Positions 13,988-27,487 of a stretch of DNA of 64,000 nt are shown piece after piece. This stretch comes from Amoebidium appalachense (taxonomy: Eukaryota > Protista > Ichthyosporea), in NCBI GenBank assembly GCA_963693365.1, contig CAVNZM010000002.1, positions 2,496,259 through 2,560,258 on the forward strand. Reading direction: 5' to 3'. Both the position numbers and the translations under genes were made by a program. The notes beneath the pieces were generated by a model, which was given only the letters and a program-made list of their open reading frames with translations, made no database searches and was not told the DNA's origin. Positions within the stretch are counted from its first letter, which is position 1. Each line of letters opens with the position of its first letter.

Positions 13988-14773
13988 CTAGTTCTTGAGT
14001 GCGGATTCAGTAGGTGTAGCGACAGAAACCAGTCTGATGTCGCAATCCGCAGGCGCGAGGAAAAATCTGCTGCCTCTTTTTGTAACCGGCGAAGTGTTCC
14101 CAACAGGCCCAGGGATGGCCGGGGTTGCGATTGCATTGTTGCAGGCTTTACAATTTAGCACCAAAGCCTCGTACTGGGTGGGAGGTGAAGTTCCGGAAAC
14201 ATCTGTACGAGGAGACGATTCCTCACTTCTTTTGCACAATGCTGAAGGGAGACTCAGGGATGTATTGCGCGAAGTGAGACGATGGTTGGATTTGGACACG
14301 GGGACACTTCCTGGTCTCCGTGTGGACATATTGTGCTGTGGTTTGGTTCTGTTTGCATTTTGTACAGCTGGGAGGGAGTCGTTGATTAGGCTATCTCGTT
14401 GAAGTTTGGATGTGGGCGTCGAAGGAGGAGACAGAATATTGCGATGGAGAGATCGAAAACACGGGACAGAGCCGGATTTAGGGGTAGTGCGGCGGGTGTC
14501 AACGCGCGAGAAAAAACGGGATAGCCCGCTAGCGGTGGAGCTCGAACCCAGTTTCCTTTTCGTAGATGTTGCGTATTTTGAACAGTCATAGGACTTGGGT
14601 GATTCGAGGTCTACCGATTTCTTCGAGAGTGTAAAGTTGTCCAAGGCAATCCTGTGTGGAAGCATGCTGTCGCTTTGTGTCCGTGCGGCGGACAAACCCT
14701 GTTTTTGGACTGAGGAAAGGTGTCTGTTCTGTGCCCCAGCAGAGCTCGAGGTTGCAACGGACGAAGGAGACAT
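13988..14773 (-). CDS. Hypothetical Ser/Thr/Arg-rich, probably disordered protein (261 aa, single ORF)
   Basis: Long non-repetitive ORF in microsatellite-free DNA, ATG in an ATCATG context, no recognisable domain. Confidence 0.55.
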   Translation of the reverse strand: MSPSSVATSSSAGAQNRHLSSVQKQGLSAARTQSDSMLPHRIALDNFTLSKKSVDLESPKSYDCSKYATSTKRKLGSSSTASGLSRFFSRVDTRRTTPKSGSVPCFRSLHRNILSPPSTPTSKLQRDSLINDSLPAVQNANRTKPQHNMSTRRPGSVPVSKSNHRLTSRNTSLSLPSALCKRSEESSPRTDVSGTSPPTQYEALVLNCKACNNAIATPAIPGPVGNTSPVTKRGSRFFLAPADCDIRLVSVATPTESALKN

Positions 14774-17288
14774 GATGGTGGTGGAATTAAAAGGAGATGT
14801 ATGTGTATTTTCAAATCATAACGTGTCGATACCACCGCATATTACAGTATGTGACTATGCAATGATATCTCAAGTTAAGTGAATCAAAATCTGGGTTGAG
14901 TGTTGTACAACGTGTAATACGGGCCCTACAGCTGCATACTAACTACAAAAAGTACGGTAAAATGGTAAAAAGAGACGAATAAGAAAGTATCAGTACGCGG
15001 TATGCGTATGTTGGTATAGTAGCAAGATTGCATGTACAGTACTCGAGGTTTGTGTAGAAGTTACAAATACGATGATGTTGCCAATGTAACTGTGACACGA
15101 TGCTTTCGATAGTGATCTGTCTGAGCCGGTGGCTGATCATGCCACGCGTCCGAAAGCAGTCCTCCACGATAATGATATAAGAGCTTATAAACAGTCTAAA
15201 GTTTATTTTTGCCCATTTTAGAGCATTTAATCAATTGTAAAGTTTAATCTATAGTAGCTTGTTCTATTTTTAGACTTAGGGTTTTTTCCCCAAACCACTT
15301 TGCCGCATCTGATTCGTTCCTAATCTTTAAAGGAAATAACAACCAATCATCTGCAAGATCCTGCGCAGGGGTTCCTGCACACCGGCGGTGACACCGCCGT
15401 GACACCGGCTTCAACTGACTCCTGAGTCCGAATTCCGGAATATCCGGAAATTTTGGTCCTGTTCTGAAGAAGACTGTCAGCGGCGTTTATGCAAGGTAAA
15501 GCCCTGGGAAAAAAATGATACATTTGATAAATATATCTCATTGAATGGCAGTAAACTAACGATGCTTATTATTGTGATGACTCCAGTGGGGCAGGCCGAT
15601 TGCTCGGTTGGGGATGTTCCGCCATCGCATGCGCAATCATCACGCAACCGGGTGACGCAACCAAAAATAAGTTTTCACAGGCTGGCAGTTCGTACTGAGC
15701 ATTCTTCAAGTAGGACTATTTTGGTGTGTCATATTATGAGACCTATCCTTCCATTCCAAATGCTACACCTTACCACCATAAAATTGGCTCATTTCTCTTG
15801 CTTCCATGCTTCTTCGTAACGGTTGCCAATGCCGAGATGCCTGTGGACCTCAGTGGTGCGAAGTGATCCATTCAGCGCCTCTCTTGTGTTTTGATGATGG
15901 CTTAGCCAATCAAAGCCTGGACTAGCCAGCGCAATCATGGCATGCCGGCGCTCAGTCCGCCAAACTGCCGCGGAGCACCCCCTCCCCCCCTCCCCCCTCC
16001 CCCCCCTCCCCCCCTCCCCCCCTCCACACACACACACGCGCGCGCGCGCGCGCGCACACACACTCGCGCGCGCACACAGACAAACAAACTGAACACACAC
16101 GACGTGCAGCACACACAGCTACACGCACGGACATGCTGCCTTCGCAGATGCAATTGCAATAAAAACATGCACGCAAGAAGTGTCACCGTTCGACTTACAC
16201 ACACGCCAAGAAGATCGCCAGTAGAAAAAACATCCTGCTGTGATTCGCGCACATACACGCTCGCGCATGCGTGCAGAATCTCACGCAAGAGGCACGCACA
16301 CACGCACGCACGCACGCACACACGCACGCACGCACACACGCACACACGCACGCACGCACGCACGCACGCGCGCGCGCACACACGCACGCACGCGTAGGAA
16401 CACACGCACACACGCACATACGCACACACACATTCATGTTCACCCGTCTGCCACATGCACGTGCACGGTCTGAATCGCTCAAGGCGCGCACGTGGTGCAC
16501 ATGGCAGATCAGGTTGTGCGCTTACACACACACATTATCTCCTCCTCATTTTCTCTAGATCTTTTACTCACCGTATCCCCATCCCCGTTACACAAACGTG
16601 CACTCTCTAATTCCCCATCTCTCTCAGATCTCCCTCCCTCCCTCTCTCGAGCCCTTTCCTCCCGAGCTCCCTCCCCCCCCCCCCCCTCCCCCTCCCCCCC
16701 CCCCCTCTTCTTCTTTCCGAGCTGGCTCTATCTCTTTCCCCCGTACCTCATGCATTAATGTCTAATTGAAAAATAGCCAAAGTTTATTGATTTGCGAGGT
16801 CCTCACTTGAGCGCTGTCGCTTTTGGACCGGTTCGTCAGCTAATAGCTATTTTTTGTATAGCCAGCTCAGCCTGCAGATGCATGCGCATGCGCAGCGCTT
16901 CTTCGGCGCGGTCCGCCGGTCATTTCCGGATGCTTTGTGGTTCTATGATTGGCGCAGCAGAGCTGCACGACTCAATAGTGATTTTCACAAAGAGCACTAA
17001 GCTCGAGTCTCAGATAGCCAGCCTGCATACTATGAGAAATTGTTGTTATAGAACCTAAATGGTTTTCAAATAAAAGTTAACTCAAAAGAATGAGCGTTTT
17101 TGTATTCCTAAAAGACTAAAACCGTAAAAAGTGTAACCATTGATTCTCACCACTTTGAAAAGTTGAGGATTTCCACACCAGCAGAGCCAAGGAGACCCTC
17201 TCACACTGACGTCTAATATCTCACCTTCTATTCGTCAAAAGTCACTTTTACAATTGCCCTCTGATTCAATTGGTTGCTTTTGATCGCA

Positions 17289-18124
17289 ATGGTAAACTTT
17301 TCGTTTTTTCCGCCCGCCCACGTTGATCACACCTTCGAAAAAAATCATATCTCAGCAAGACTATACCATTTCAAGTTGCGGGCAAAGGATCTTTCAGAAT
17401 GTATCCTCAATGTAGGTTCCCCTTTGCTGCGTAAGGGACAATAGGGCGGGAGGGAGTTGGGGGAGGGGGGGGGGGGAGGGGAGGAGGGACGAGCTAGCGT
17501 AAGTGGAAGTGCTTGCATAGATCTAAGTAGATGATTAGAGATTGACTCTTGCTTTTCGTGACCTGCCGTCTGTTGCGTGCGTGTATGCGTGTATATGTGC
17601 GTGCGTGTGCATTTTTGCGAGTGCGTGTGTGTGTGTTTATTTTCGCCCTTCAGCGTGAACGAGTATGTTTGTGTGTAGAGTGTGTGCGCGTGTTGGCCTG
17701 TGTGTAGGAGTGGGTGTGGTTGCCGTTGCATGTACAGCATGTGTGTATATTGTTTCATTTTGGTTGTATAACGCCTATTTGTGGGTGTGAATGTGCAGCT
17801 CTTGTGTGTTTGATTTATTGTTGTACAGCTCACTAGCACGCACGTTTGCTCTGTTTGCTGTTGCGTGTATGCCAGTGCTAGCCTTCACGATTGTAGCCGT
17901 GTGTGTGCGTGTATGCGAGCGTGTTGTGCACCTGTACACAGACTTGTTGTGCCCAACCCTCATTCTTGTCCGGTTCCTGGCCTTGGTTTTGGTTGCGTGT
18001 GTTGCGTGGGACTTGCGTATAATGGAGTGCTGGGGTAACCCTTTCGTTGCCTCTGGTTCCGACTTAGTTCCATAATTTGAAGCTGCGTGAGAACACATGC
18101 CTCTACCTGCCTCCCATTTACTCC

Positions 18125-18165
<41 letters not shown>

Positions 18166-19706
18166 CTGTCTCCCTGTCCTCCTCCCGCCTCCATCACCTT
18201 CCCCCCCCAAAGGCAAACACACCCTTCTTCCTTTCTGTCCCCTTTGCACCAAATATCACACACACTAACTACAATCCTGCGGTCTTCTGCTGCTCGCTTG
18301 CGTTCGTTAATTCTTCTTAGCTATATTCGTTTTCGTGTGGTAAAATCAACCATCATATGCGTCTCCCCCCCCCTCCCCCCCCCCCCTCTCCGTCCCCCCC
18401 CTCTCTGTGCCCCCTGCCCCCCCCCCCTCCCCCCCCCCCTCTCTCTCCACCCTCTCTTCTCCTGTACCTTGTTTCTACCGTTTCTTACATCCCCCCCCCC
18501 CCCCTCCCCACATTTTCTTTCACAGTGACGCTCTACTACCTGAGGCCCACGTGGAGTGACGAGGCACCCAAGGTGGCCGGGGACTTCAATGGCTGGAACC
18601 GGGTGGATATGAACTGTGCCCAGAAGCCACACCCTGACCTGCCGGACGGTAGCTGGTACTCGTACGATGTCAGGTGCATAGTTGGACCCACGTTATTCCT
18701 TTTTCTTTTCTTTTTTTCTTTTCTTCTTCTTCTTCTTCTTCTTTGGGGGGGGGGGAGGGAGAGGGGGGGAGGGGGGGGGGGGGGCGTTTCGGAACTAGCA
18801 GAGGTTTTTCGTCTCATGTACATCTTTTTCTATTGAGGTGCTTGACGGCGAGTGTTGACCTCGTGAATCCCGTGTATGTGGCATGCAGCCAACATTGCTA
18901 AGGGAAAGCTTAACTGTCACGTTCTCAGCCCCCCCCCCCCCCCCCCTTTCCCCCCGCCCTGACTATTCCCAGATGAATAATTGAAAAAAAGACACCCCTC
19001 TCTCACCTTCTACTTGAAGTCACCAGCTATTTCCGAGTCCAACTGGAACCCAAAGTTGTCATACACACCTTGTACGTACAGCAGGCAGAACATAACATGC
19101 ATGGGGTAGCATAGCAAAATACGATACACAGACGTACGTGTGTGCCAGGATACACACACAGTGACATAGGAGCGGCACAGATTGTCAAACAGGGTCACAC
19201 CTGGGAACACACACCGCCGCTTATAAACATACATGCCAAAACACAAACGGGGCGGTATTACTGGACACACACCCACACACACACAAGATGGGCAAGTAAG
19301 GAGCATCAGAACTTCCTACTTTTCATCATCATCATCATCTTCTTTTTTTAGGAGGGGGAGAGGTGGGGAGGGGGGGGGGGGGGGGGGAGAAGAAGAACAT
19401 TTTCAAGTCTGACAGGATGTTGGCAGTGACACAGGGGTGTCCATTGAGTTCAAGACAATAGTGGAGGGAAAATGGATTGGAGATGAGAGGGAAGCCAATT
19501 TCACCACAAAGAACTCGTGCTACGTGGTGGGGAAGAAGATGTCGTTGCTCCCAGGTAAAAAGTTGTTTTTTTCTTGTTTCTGTGTTGTGGGTTCGAGTAT
19601 AGGATGCTCCTACATACACGTACACCACAACACAATCACATATACACAAGTAGACACCCACACACACACATGCACACGCGCACGCACACACACACACAAA
19701 CGCACA

Positions 19707-19738
<32 letters not shown>

Positions 19739-20258
19739 TTTACACCTACACCATCTACATCCGCACATACACACACATCAACACGCACAAGTATTCACAG
19801 ATTCGCACAAACACACATCATGTTACTCACACATACACTCGCACCTGCACAAATCCAGGCAACACATGTGCATGCATCACGGTAACACCATTCCCCCCCT
19901 CCCCCCCCCCCCCCTCCCCCCCCCCCCCCCCCCTTCCCCGGGTTTCTCCCGTAATCGTTTGAATGGTGGTCTAGTCGTCGTTCTTTGTAAGCTTGTTAAG
20001 ATACTTTCGTTTACACATGTAGTGTCATAATCCCCCCCCCCCCCCCCCCCCCGCGCCCTCTCTTCCTCCTCCTCCTTAATCCACCACTCGTGGTGTTCGA
20101 AAGGTGTGTTTTCAAACCCCCACACACCACCACAACCACCCAGACACACAGGTAGCCCGAACCACCAGTCGATTTTATTGGGAGCGTTACAATATCGTGT
20201 GCTGTTGTGGGCATCAAACCCCCCCCCCCCCCCCCCCCCCCCTCTCAAAGCACCACCA

Positions 20259-20333
<75 letters not shown>

Positions 20334-21303
20334 ATACTACTACTACTACCACGGTTACCGACATGAAGGCAGACCCAATCACAGAGCCTAATTCGGCCCT
20401 CCGTACGTGATCATCATCCAATCGAACAGGATTAAATCAATGGAATTCGACGCTCATTGGCTGTGGAAAAAAGCAGGGGGGGGGGGGGGGTTGGAGGGGG
20501 GTGTAAAAGGGGTAAAAAAAAGGTGCTGCACTGATAATGGTCAAATCAAAACGCCATTTTTGTTTATATAGGTTGTGATTGGGTCTGCCTTCATGTCGGT
20601 GTCTGTACAACTATTGTTATTGTGATCATACTCATGAACACCATAACTATCATAGTTGGCAACTTCTTGTTTTTTTATTCTGTTCAGAGTGCATTATTTG
20701 AACCAAGAAAGAGCTCTGAATCTCTTTCTATATCTGGATTTGGTGTGTTGTTTGTCTGGGGCTCTAACATTTTCGTTTCCCCACAGAGCCACCAGTTGAG
20801 CCCAAAACAGCAGCAGTAGGCCCCAACGAACCCCCTGCCACCCTCCCTGAAATTTCAGTCGAACCTGAAAAGGAACCGTCCACTTTGCCAACCCCAAATC
20901 CGGCAACGCCCACTAACACACCGGCGAATTTCGTGGACGGTGAGAAGGGAAAATCCGCCGTGACCCCCCAATCAGCAGAAGAAATGACGGCGAAATTGGT
21001 GGCCGATTTGACTGCACGCGCAGAGGAGGAAACGAAAAAAATCCTCGCACAGGCAGGGGAAAAAACACAGGAGACACTGAACAAATTTGCGCAGTCTATA
21101 GCTGGGGGGGTTCCTGAAATTTTGAAGGCGCACACTGACGGAGGGGCCGATGGGACCGGCAGCAGTGGGGGGGCTCATTTGCCTGCAAATGCGGATGAGG
21201 CACGCAGACAGGTGGAGGAAATGGGTCATCAGGCTGTGGATAATCTTTCAATATGGGTGTCGGAAAAAACCCCACTCTTGAGTATGCACCCCCCCCTCCC
21301 CCA

Positions 21304-21337
<34 letters not shown>

Positions 21338-21476
21338 ACCCCCAAAATATATATTCAATCCCGGCACGCGCCCACACACGCACACACTAAACATCATGTG
21401 TTTTACATACGTGATTTTTTGCATGTCGGTGTCATGTTATCGGTTGGTTGTATAGTTACGGCATCTTCCTCCCCCC

Positions 21477-21512
<36 letters not shown>

Positions 21513-21758
21513 GTGATGCACCCATGATCAAGTGAAGCAAAATCTGAGTTGGCTTTCAATGCAACGTGAATGGGTTGAAACTCGGGTGTTGTGGATGCCT
21601 TGGAAGCCCCCCTCCCCCCCCCCTCCCCTTCCCCCTCTCCTTCCACTCCCCTCCCCCTGGCGGATTGGCTCTACTTGTGGCATATGCTGTTTGCGTGTTT
21701 TTTGCATGTGCATTGTCCGTCGTGAATGTGCACCTCATACTCTGTAACACATGCCCCC

Positions 21759-21789
<31 letters not shown>

Positions 21790-22233
21790 ACACACAAAGA
21801 CACACACACCTCTAGCCCCCTCCCTCCCTCCCTCCCTCCCTCCCTTGGGGGCCCCCAGATTACATGGCCTGTGCCGTGTTTCTCATTGCGTTGGTCTGAG
21901 ATTTGCGTGTGTTTTTGTGTATGTGTGCGTGTGGGTGTGTTTGACATTCGCGTGCGGTATTATTATTATGATTATTTTCTTTTCTTTTCTTTCTTTTTTT
22001 GGGGGGGGGGGGGGGGGGGGGGGGCAAACCGACAAATGTCACCAAGCACCCCGCTATCTTCTCTTTCTCTTTCTCGTTACCATTCACCACTACCACCATT
22101 CTTGGTTCAACAAATCCCATTCCTTTTGGCCTGTTAAAGATCATATGCTGATCTTCCTATTTTCACAGAGAAAGAGGGCGAGTCTGGGAATGGGGAGGAA
22201 ACGAAGAGGTGCCCTTGCTGCACCATTATGTGA
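17289..22233 (+). CDS. Glycogen/starch-binding (CBM48/CBM53-like) domain protein with Pro-rich linker and C-terminal CaaX (CPCCTIM)
   Basis: Phase-consistent exons 17289-17430, 18527-18673 (TLYYLRPTW..PKVAGDFNGWNRVDM..GSWYSYDV), 19020-19071 (tentative, AAG acceptor), 19416-19554 (IEFKTIVEGKWIGD), 20787-21281, 22169-22233 (KEGESGNGEETKRCPCCTIM*). Confidence 0.75.
20357..20600. mobile_element. MITE-like element with perfect 27-bp terminal inverted repeats
   Basis: ACCGACATGAAGGCAGACCCAATCACA at 20357-20383 and its exact reverse complement at 20574-20600; non-coding interior; located in an intron. Confidence 0.75.
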
Positions 22234-22989
22234 AGTATCCGATGTATGTAGGCACGTGCATGAGTCCATCACATGCGCACATGTTTACATTCAACCATAC
22301 GTGTACATCTCGTTATTGTGCACACACACACAGACACACACAAACGCGTGCACACACACACACACAGACACACACAAACACGTGCACACACACACACACA
22401 CAGACATACGCACACACACATGGGAACACATGCCATGCCCATCCGTGCGTGCACACACGTGCACACTCAAAATTCACACACACACAAAGCGCACCCTGTC
22501 AGGTATACAGATTTCTAATCTAGCACTTCATGCCCCCACGCGTTTATCCCTGTTTAACAAGTGTGAATTAGCGAAGGACCACACACGTTTTTTTATCCAA
22601 TCTGTAGGATTTCTCTTCAACTTAGCGCTCGTTGACGCTCTCGTAAGAATACCAATTAGTCAGGTTTATTCACGTTTTTTTCTTGTTATCCGGTTGTCAA
22701 AAACAACAGTACCTTTTTTTGTCCTAGCTGCATTCGATAGTAATATCAAGCCGTTATAAGATGAAGTGTGTTTGGAGTCATGTTTTTAGCCTTGTTCAAT
22801 GGAATATGGGTGGTTTCCCTGAGTAATATAATAGACGCCATGCATGTTTATAGCGGTTCGGAATATCCGTGGATGTCAAAAGCCTAAAGAACCCGTGTGT
22901 TTGTCACGCGGTTGTAATTATGAATATGAATAGACTATGTTCATCATTCCATACATACTGTGCATGCAGGTACACTCAAACCCCCGGCC

Positions 22990-23024
<35 letters not shown>

Positions 23025-23049
23025 ACACACACACACACACACACACACA

Positions 23050-23086
<37 letters not shown>

Positions 23087-23943
23087 CCGGATTTCCCTAA
23101 ACCCTTTACATACCTGTTCGCTTTTAAATGTAAAAAAAAATCTGCTTTTGTGATCACTTTTTATGGCTTTGCCTTCATTCCTCCTTCACCCCTCCACTTT
23201 TAAATACCTCTTCCGCCTGCACCTAACCAAACACGCATGCACGACGTCGTGCAACCACTCACACACACACGCACCACAAACATGCACACACGTGCGCGCG
23301 CACACGCACACACACCTGACTGAAGTAGCAACACATTTCCGTCTGCCAGCACAACGCCATGCAAACGTTGTAATTACGTAACAGCCAGATGATCCGTGTT
23401 GACACCGATATATCATGACATGCGGGGAGATGTGTGTCTGTGTGCGTTATGCCGTGTTTTTACATAGGTAGTAGATCCAGGGGACCAGCCCACTTCATAA
23501 TACTATAAGACGTCAACCGATGCGATCATCTTGCATTCCCTCACACACACACACACACACACACACAAAAAAAAAAGGGACTGCCACGAACCTTTTCTTA
23601 GTCGATCACTGATCAAAAACGAGAATGAATGATATTCATCCCTTCTTGGGCCCTGCCCACTCACGATAAGTTCCCAATCATTACTTATAGTGGTAATAAG
23701 ATACACCGATAACTTGCATTTCGCCATTTACATATACACCTTCGATACACACACTATGAACAAAACATGCATTTCAGCGCAGGAGGAAAAGGAGAAACGG
23801 GGCGGATAAGGGGTAAAACCTATGTGCATGCAGGCTCTTATTTGTCATGGACATAGCAGGTACTCGTGAAATCATACATGTTTCAGCTCACAAAATCTTG
23901 ATGTGAGGGGGGCGGGGAAAGAGTGTGGTTTGCCCTACAGGGA

Positions 23944-23975
<32 letters not shown>

Positions 23976-24164
23976 GAGCATTTCACTCGTAGTGTGCGAG
24001 AGAGAGAGAGAGAGAAGGAGAGGGAAAGGGAGAGGGAGCGGAACGGGGAGAGGCAGGGGGAGGGATGGAGTGAGGGAGAGGTGGGTGGGTGGGGGGTGGG
24101 GGGTGGGGGGTGGGGGGAAGGGGGGAGGCGGGAAGGCTAAGCAATGATGAAGCTAGTATTATCA

Positions 24165-24675
24165 TTAGAAAGCCTCGGGGTGTTCCCTCATCTCTTGGAC
24201 CAATCGTTGCTCGACAAATGCGTCCAAATTTGGCAGGTTTGGCGGGAAGTTGTGGCTCACAAACACCTGCTTCTTGAGCTTGCGCGCTGCAGAAAAGTAA
24301 GGAAAGGGTGAGAGGGAGAACAGGTCTTCTGGTACTACACTTTGGGTAGAAACCTATATTGAGCTGCTAATGACGGTTTGAATGAGCCACATAAGATATT
24401 ACTACGCTCCACATGAGTAGGTGTCGAAGACAGAGCCCATCCTCCCGGGGGGGGGACAAAAAAGTCATCTACACAGAGGGGGGAAGGGGGGGGGGAGGGG
24501 GGGGGGGGGCAAAATCGTTCATACGGGGGGGGGGGGGGGGGGGGGGGGGAGCAAAGTCATCCACACGACCCGGGGGGGGGGGGGGGGGGGGGGGGAGGGG
24601 GAGGTTACCAAGCCGTTCAGCCAATGCTGTAGAATCCAAAACTGTCCCCAAAAGAACCGTTGCTGGGAATGGGCC

Positions 24676-24716
<41 letters not shown>

Positions 24717-24917
24717 GGTGTGTGCATGCATGAGTGCGGAGGGGGGGGGGAGGGGGGGGGGGGGGGGGGGGGGGGGGGTTACAGTGCGCCAAAAAAATTA
24801 ATCCCGATGCGCATTCATACACAATGGTGCAGGAATGGGAACAATGCAATTCCAGCAGAAAAAATATATGCAAACCATAGCTCAGCCACCCGAAAGGGGA
24901 GAGGACGACGAAAGGAA

Positions 24918-24956
<39 letters not shown>

Positions 24957-25181
24957 TGAATGCGTCAAAAAGTACGAAGTACACAAGAACAAACGGATAA
25001 CACGATGCAGAATGCAAGCCATACATAAAAGAGTATGCATAATAAGCAGAGCCCATCCTCGGAGATGACGTGTGTGCTTAGGCTAGCAAGTTATCTGGTG
25101 ACAGTGTGCACGCAAGCAACATGCTCCGAGGTCAGCAGAGGAAGGGAAGGTGTGGTGGGGCATGTGTGTGTGTATGTGTGT

Positions 25182-25280
<99 letters not shown>

Positions 25281-25443
25281 CTCATTTATGTATGTGTTCT
25301 TTGAAGAAGGGGGAAGGGGGGGGGGGGGGGGGGGGGATGTGGACAGTGGGTAAGCCGCTTGGGGGGGCGGGAGGGGAAAGGGGAGGGGAGAGAGAGAGGG
25401 GGGAGGGGAGGGGGGGGGGGGGGTAGGTGGACAGTGAGAGAGC

Positions 25444-25480
<37 letters not shown>

Positions 25481-25675
25481 GTCTACCTTCTCTACCGGTA
25501 GTGACAAGGTAAGGTTACTCATTTTCGGCTCCGACCCTCCCCAGATGATTAGACTCTGATCCTGTAGGCCGTTGGTATGATCAGTATGTGCTCAGTGTAG
25601 GTGCACAGAAGGTTAAATTGTTTCTTTCTGTGATGTTCATTGCATTTTCGTTTTTGCTGGAAAGGGGAACGGGAA

Positions 25676-25721
<46 letters not shown>

Positions 25722-25806
25722 GGCAGAGAGTGAAAAGGGGTGAGTTTACTAAGCAAAACGAGAAGCAAGCCTTCAGAAAGTGAGTAAGAGGTTAGAGTGA
25801 AAACAA

Positions 25807-25837
<31 letters not shown>

Positions 25838-26418
25838 AGGGAAGGGGGTAAGGGAGGGGGCTATGAGGGGCAGGGGGGGGGGGGGGGGGGGGTGATGTAT
25901 GCGTTAGAGGGTTGGAAATATGGAGGAGACAACAAAGAGCAACACAAAGCGTCACAAAGGTGGGAAATCCAAAATCAAACAATTGGGGGGAGGGCGGATG
26001 GCTGGGTGGTTTCTGGGCTGAGTGAGTGTGACGAGGTTGTTAGAGGTAGATGTCTGCGTGTACTTATTTATTTCTATTTAACTTTTATTTTATTTTATTT
26101 TATTCGTTTTTTTTTTTTTTTTTTTGGGGGGGGGGGGGGGGAGGGGGGGGGGGATGGAGGCTGAGAGGAAAAGGGATACTAATAAAAGGCCGGCAGATCG
26201 TATGAGATCCAAAAAATTGCACAAGAAAGGAAACAGTGGGGCCGAGCACTAGGAAAGCACGAGTAAAAAGGGCAAACACTGAAGAAAAAGAGAGTAGACA
26301 GAGGTATGAGAAACGTATGGGGCAAGGTGAGGCAGGGAAGACGGGGTAAGGGGGAAAAAGTGAATAGGAGACAGTGAGGCAGAAGATCTCAAGAAAAAGG
26401 GTGTGTGTGTGTGTGTAT

Positions 26419-26450
<32 letters not shown>

Positions 26451-27350
26451 GTTCTAGGGGGGAGACAGGAAGAGAGAATAAGAAATAAATAGAAAGGGTG
26501 GTGAGAGAAAGACACACACACACACACACACCGAGAGAGGAGGGGAGGGGGGGGGGGGGGGGGGAGGGGGAGAGGGAGAGACAGTGTGGGTGTGTGGGTG
26601 TCAGAGACAGAGAGAGAGAGAAGGGCCGGGGGTTGGGGGGGGGGGGGGGGGAAGAGAGGGGGAGGGGGGGGGGGGAAGAGAGGGGGGAGGGGGGGGGGAG
26701 AGAGAGAGAGAGAGAGAGAGCGAGAGGGAGACAGAGAGAGAGGGAGGGAGGGAGGGAGGGAGGGGGAGGGGAGGGAGGGAGGGAGGGAGGGAGGGAGGGA
26801 GGGAGGGAGGGAGGGAGGGAGGGAGGGAGGGAGGGAGGGAGGGAGGGAGGGAGGGAAGGAGGGGAGGGGGGGGGGGGGGGGGGGAGGGTAAGGGAGAGTA
26901 AAAGAGAAAGAAATATAGGCAGAGACAGAGACAGCAAGAGAGAGGGACGGAAAAAGAGATGGGGTAAAAGAGAAAGATATGGCAAAGGGAGAGGGAGGGA
27001 GGGAAGGAGAAAGGGAGGGCAAGGGGGGAGGAGGGGGAAGGGGGGGGGCAGGGAGAGAGGTGAGGGGGGAGGGGCGGAGGGGGTAGGGGAGAGATACAGG
27101 GATGACGGGAGATAGTGGCTTAGATGCAGAAGGAGAGAGGGAGAGGGAGAGTGAGAGTGAGAATGAGAGAGAGGGAGGGGGGGAGGGGGGGAGAGGGGGG
27201 AAGGGGGCGGGGGAAAGGGGGGGGGGACGAGAGGCAGAGAGAGAGAGAGAGAGAGAAGAGAGAGAGTATGTGTGTGTGAGCAAAGGCGGATAAGACCAAA
27301 AGAGATAAGCCTAACGGAGTGGAGGAAGTGGGGTGGGGTGGGGTTGGGGT

Positions 27351-27391
<41 letters not shown>

Positions 27392-27487
27392 TGCCATCTG
27401 GACAACCTGAAAGTGCACGGGCATACCGGCGTGTGTGTCCGAGAAGGTGTGTATCTTGAGGCGCGGCTCGGCTGGTTCCACCGCCAT
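24165..27487 (-). CDS. PSMG4: Proteasome assembly chaperone 4 (PAC4)
   Basis: Exons 27487-27395 ([31 protein letters not shown]), 25561-25487 ([25 protein letters not shown]), 24675-24609 ([22 protein letters not shown]), 24286-24165 ([16 protein letters not shown]...[17 protein letters not shown]). The product is collinear with PSMG4 motifs (H.FS..VHF.V; LA.RLARK..KQVFVS.N; E...FPE.F). Confidence 0.93.

Noticed and set aside
21533-21585. Candidate extra exon (MKQNLSWLSMQREWVETR) in the CBM gene
   Set aside because: It ends in phase 0 and would shift the last exon out of the CaaX frame; acceptor and donor are weak. An alternative isoform is not excluded.
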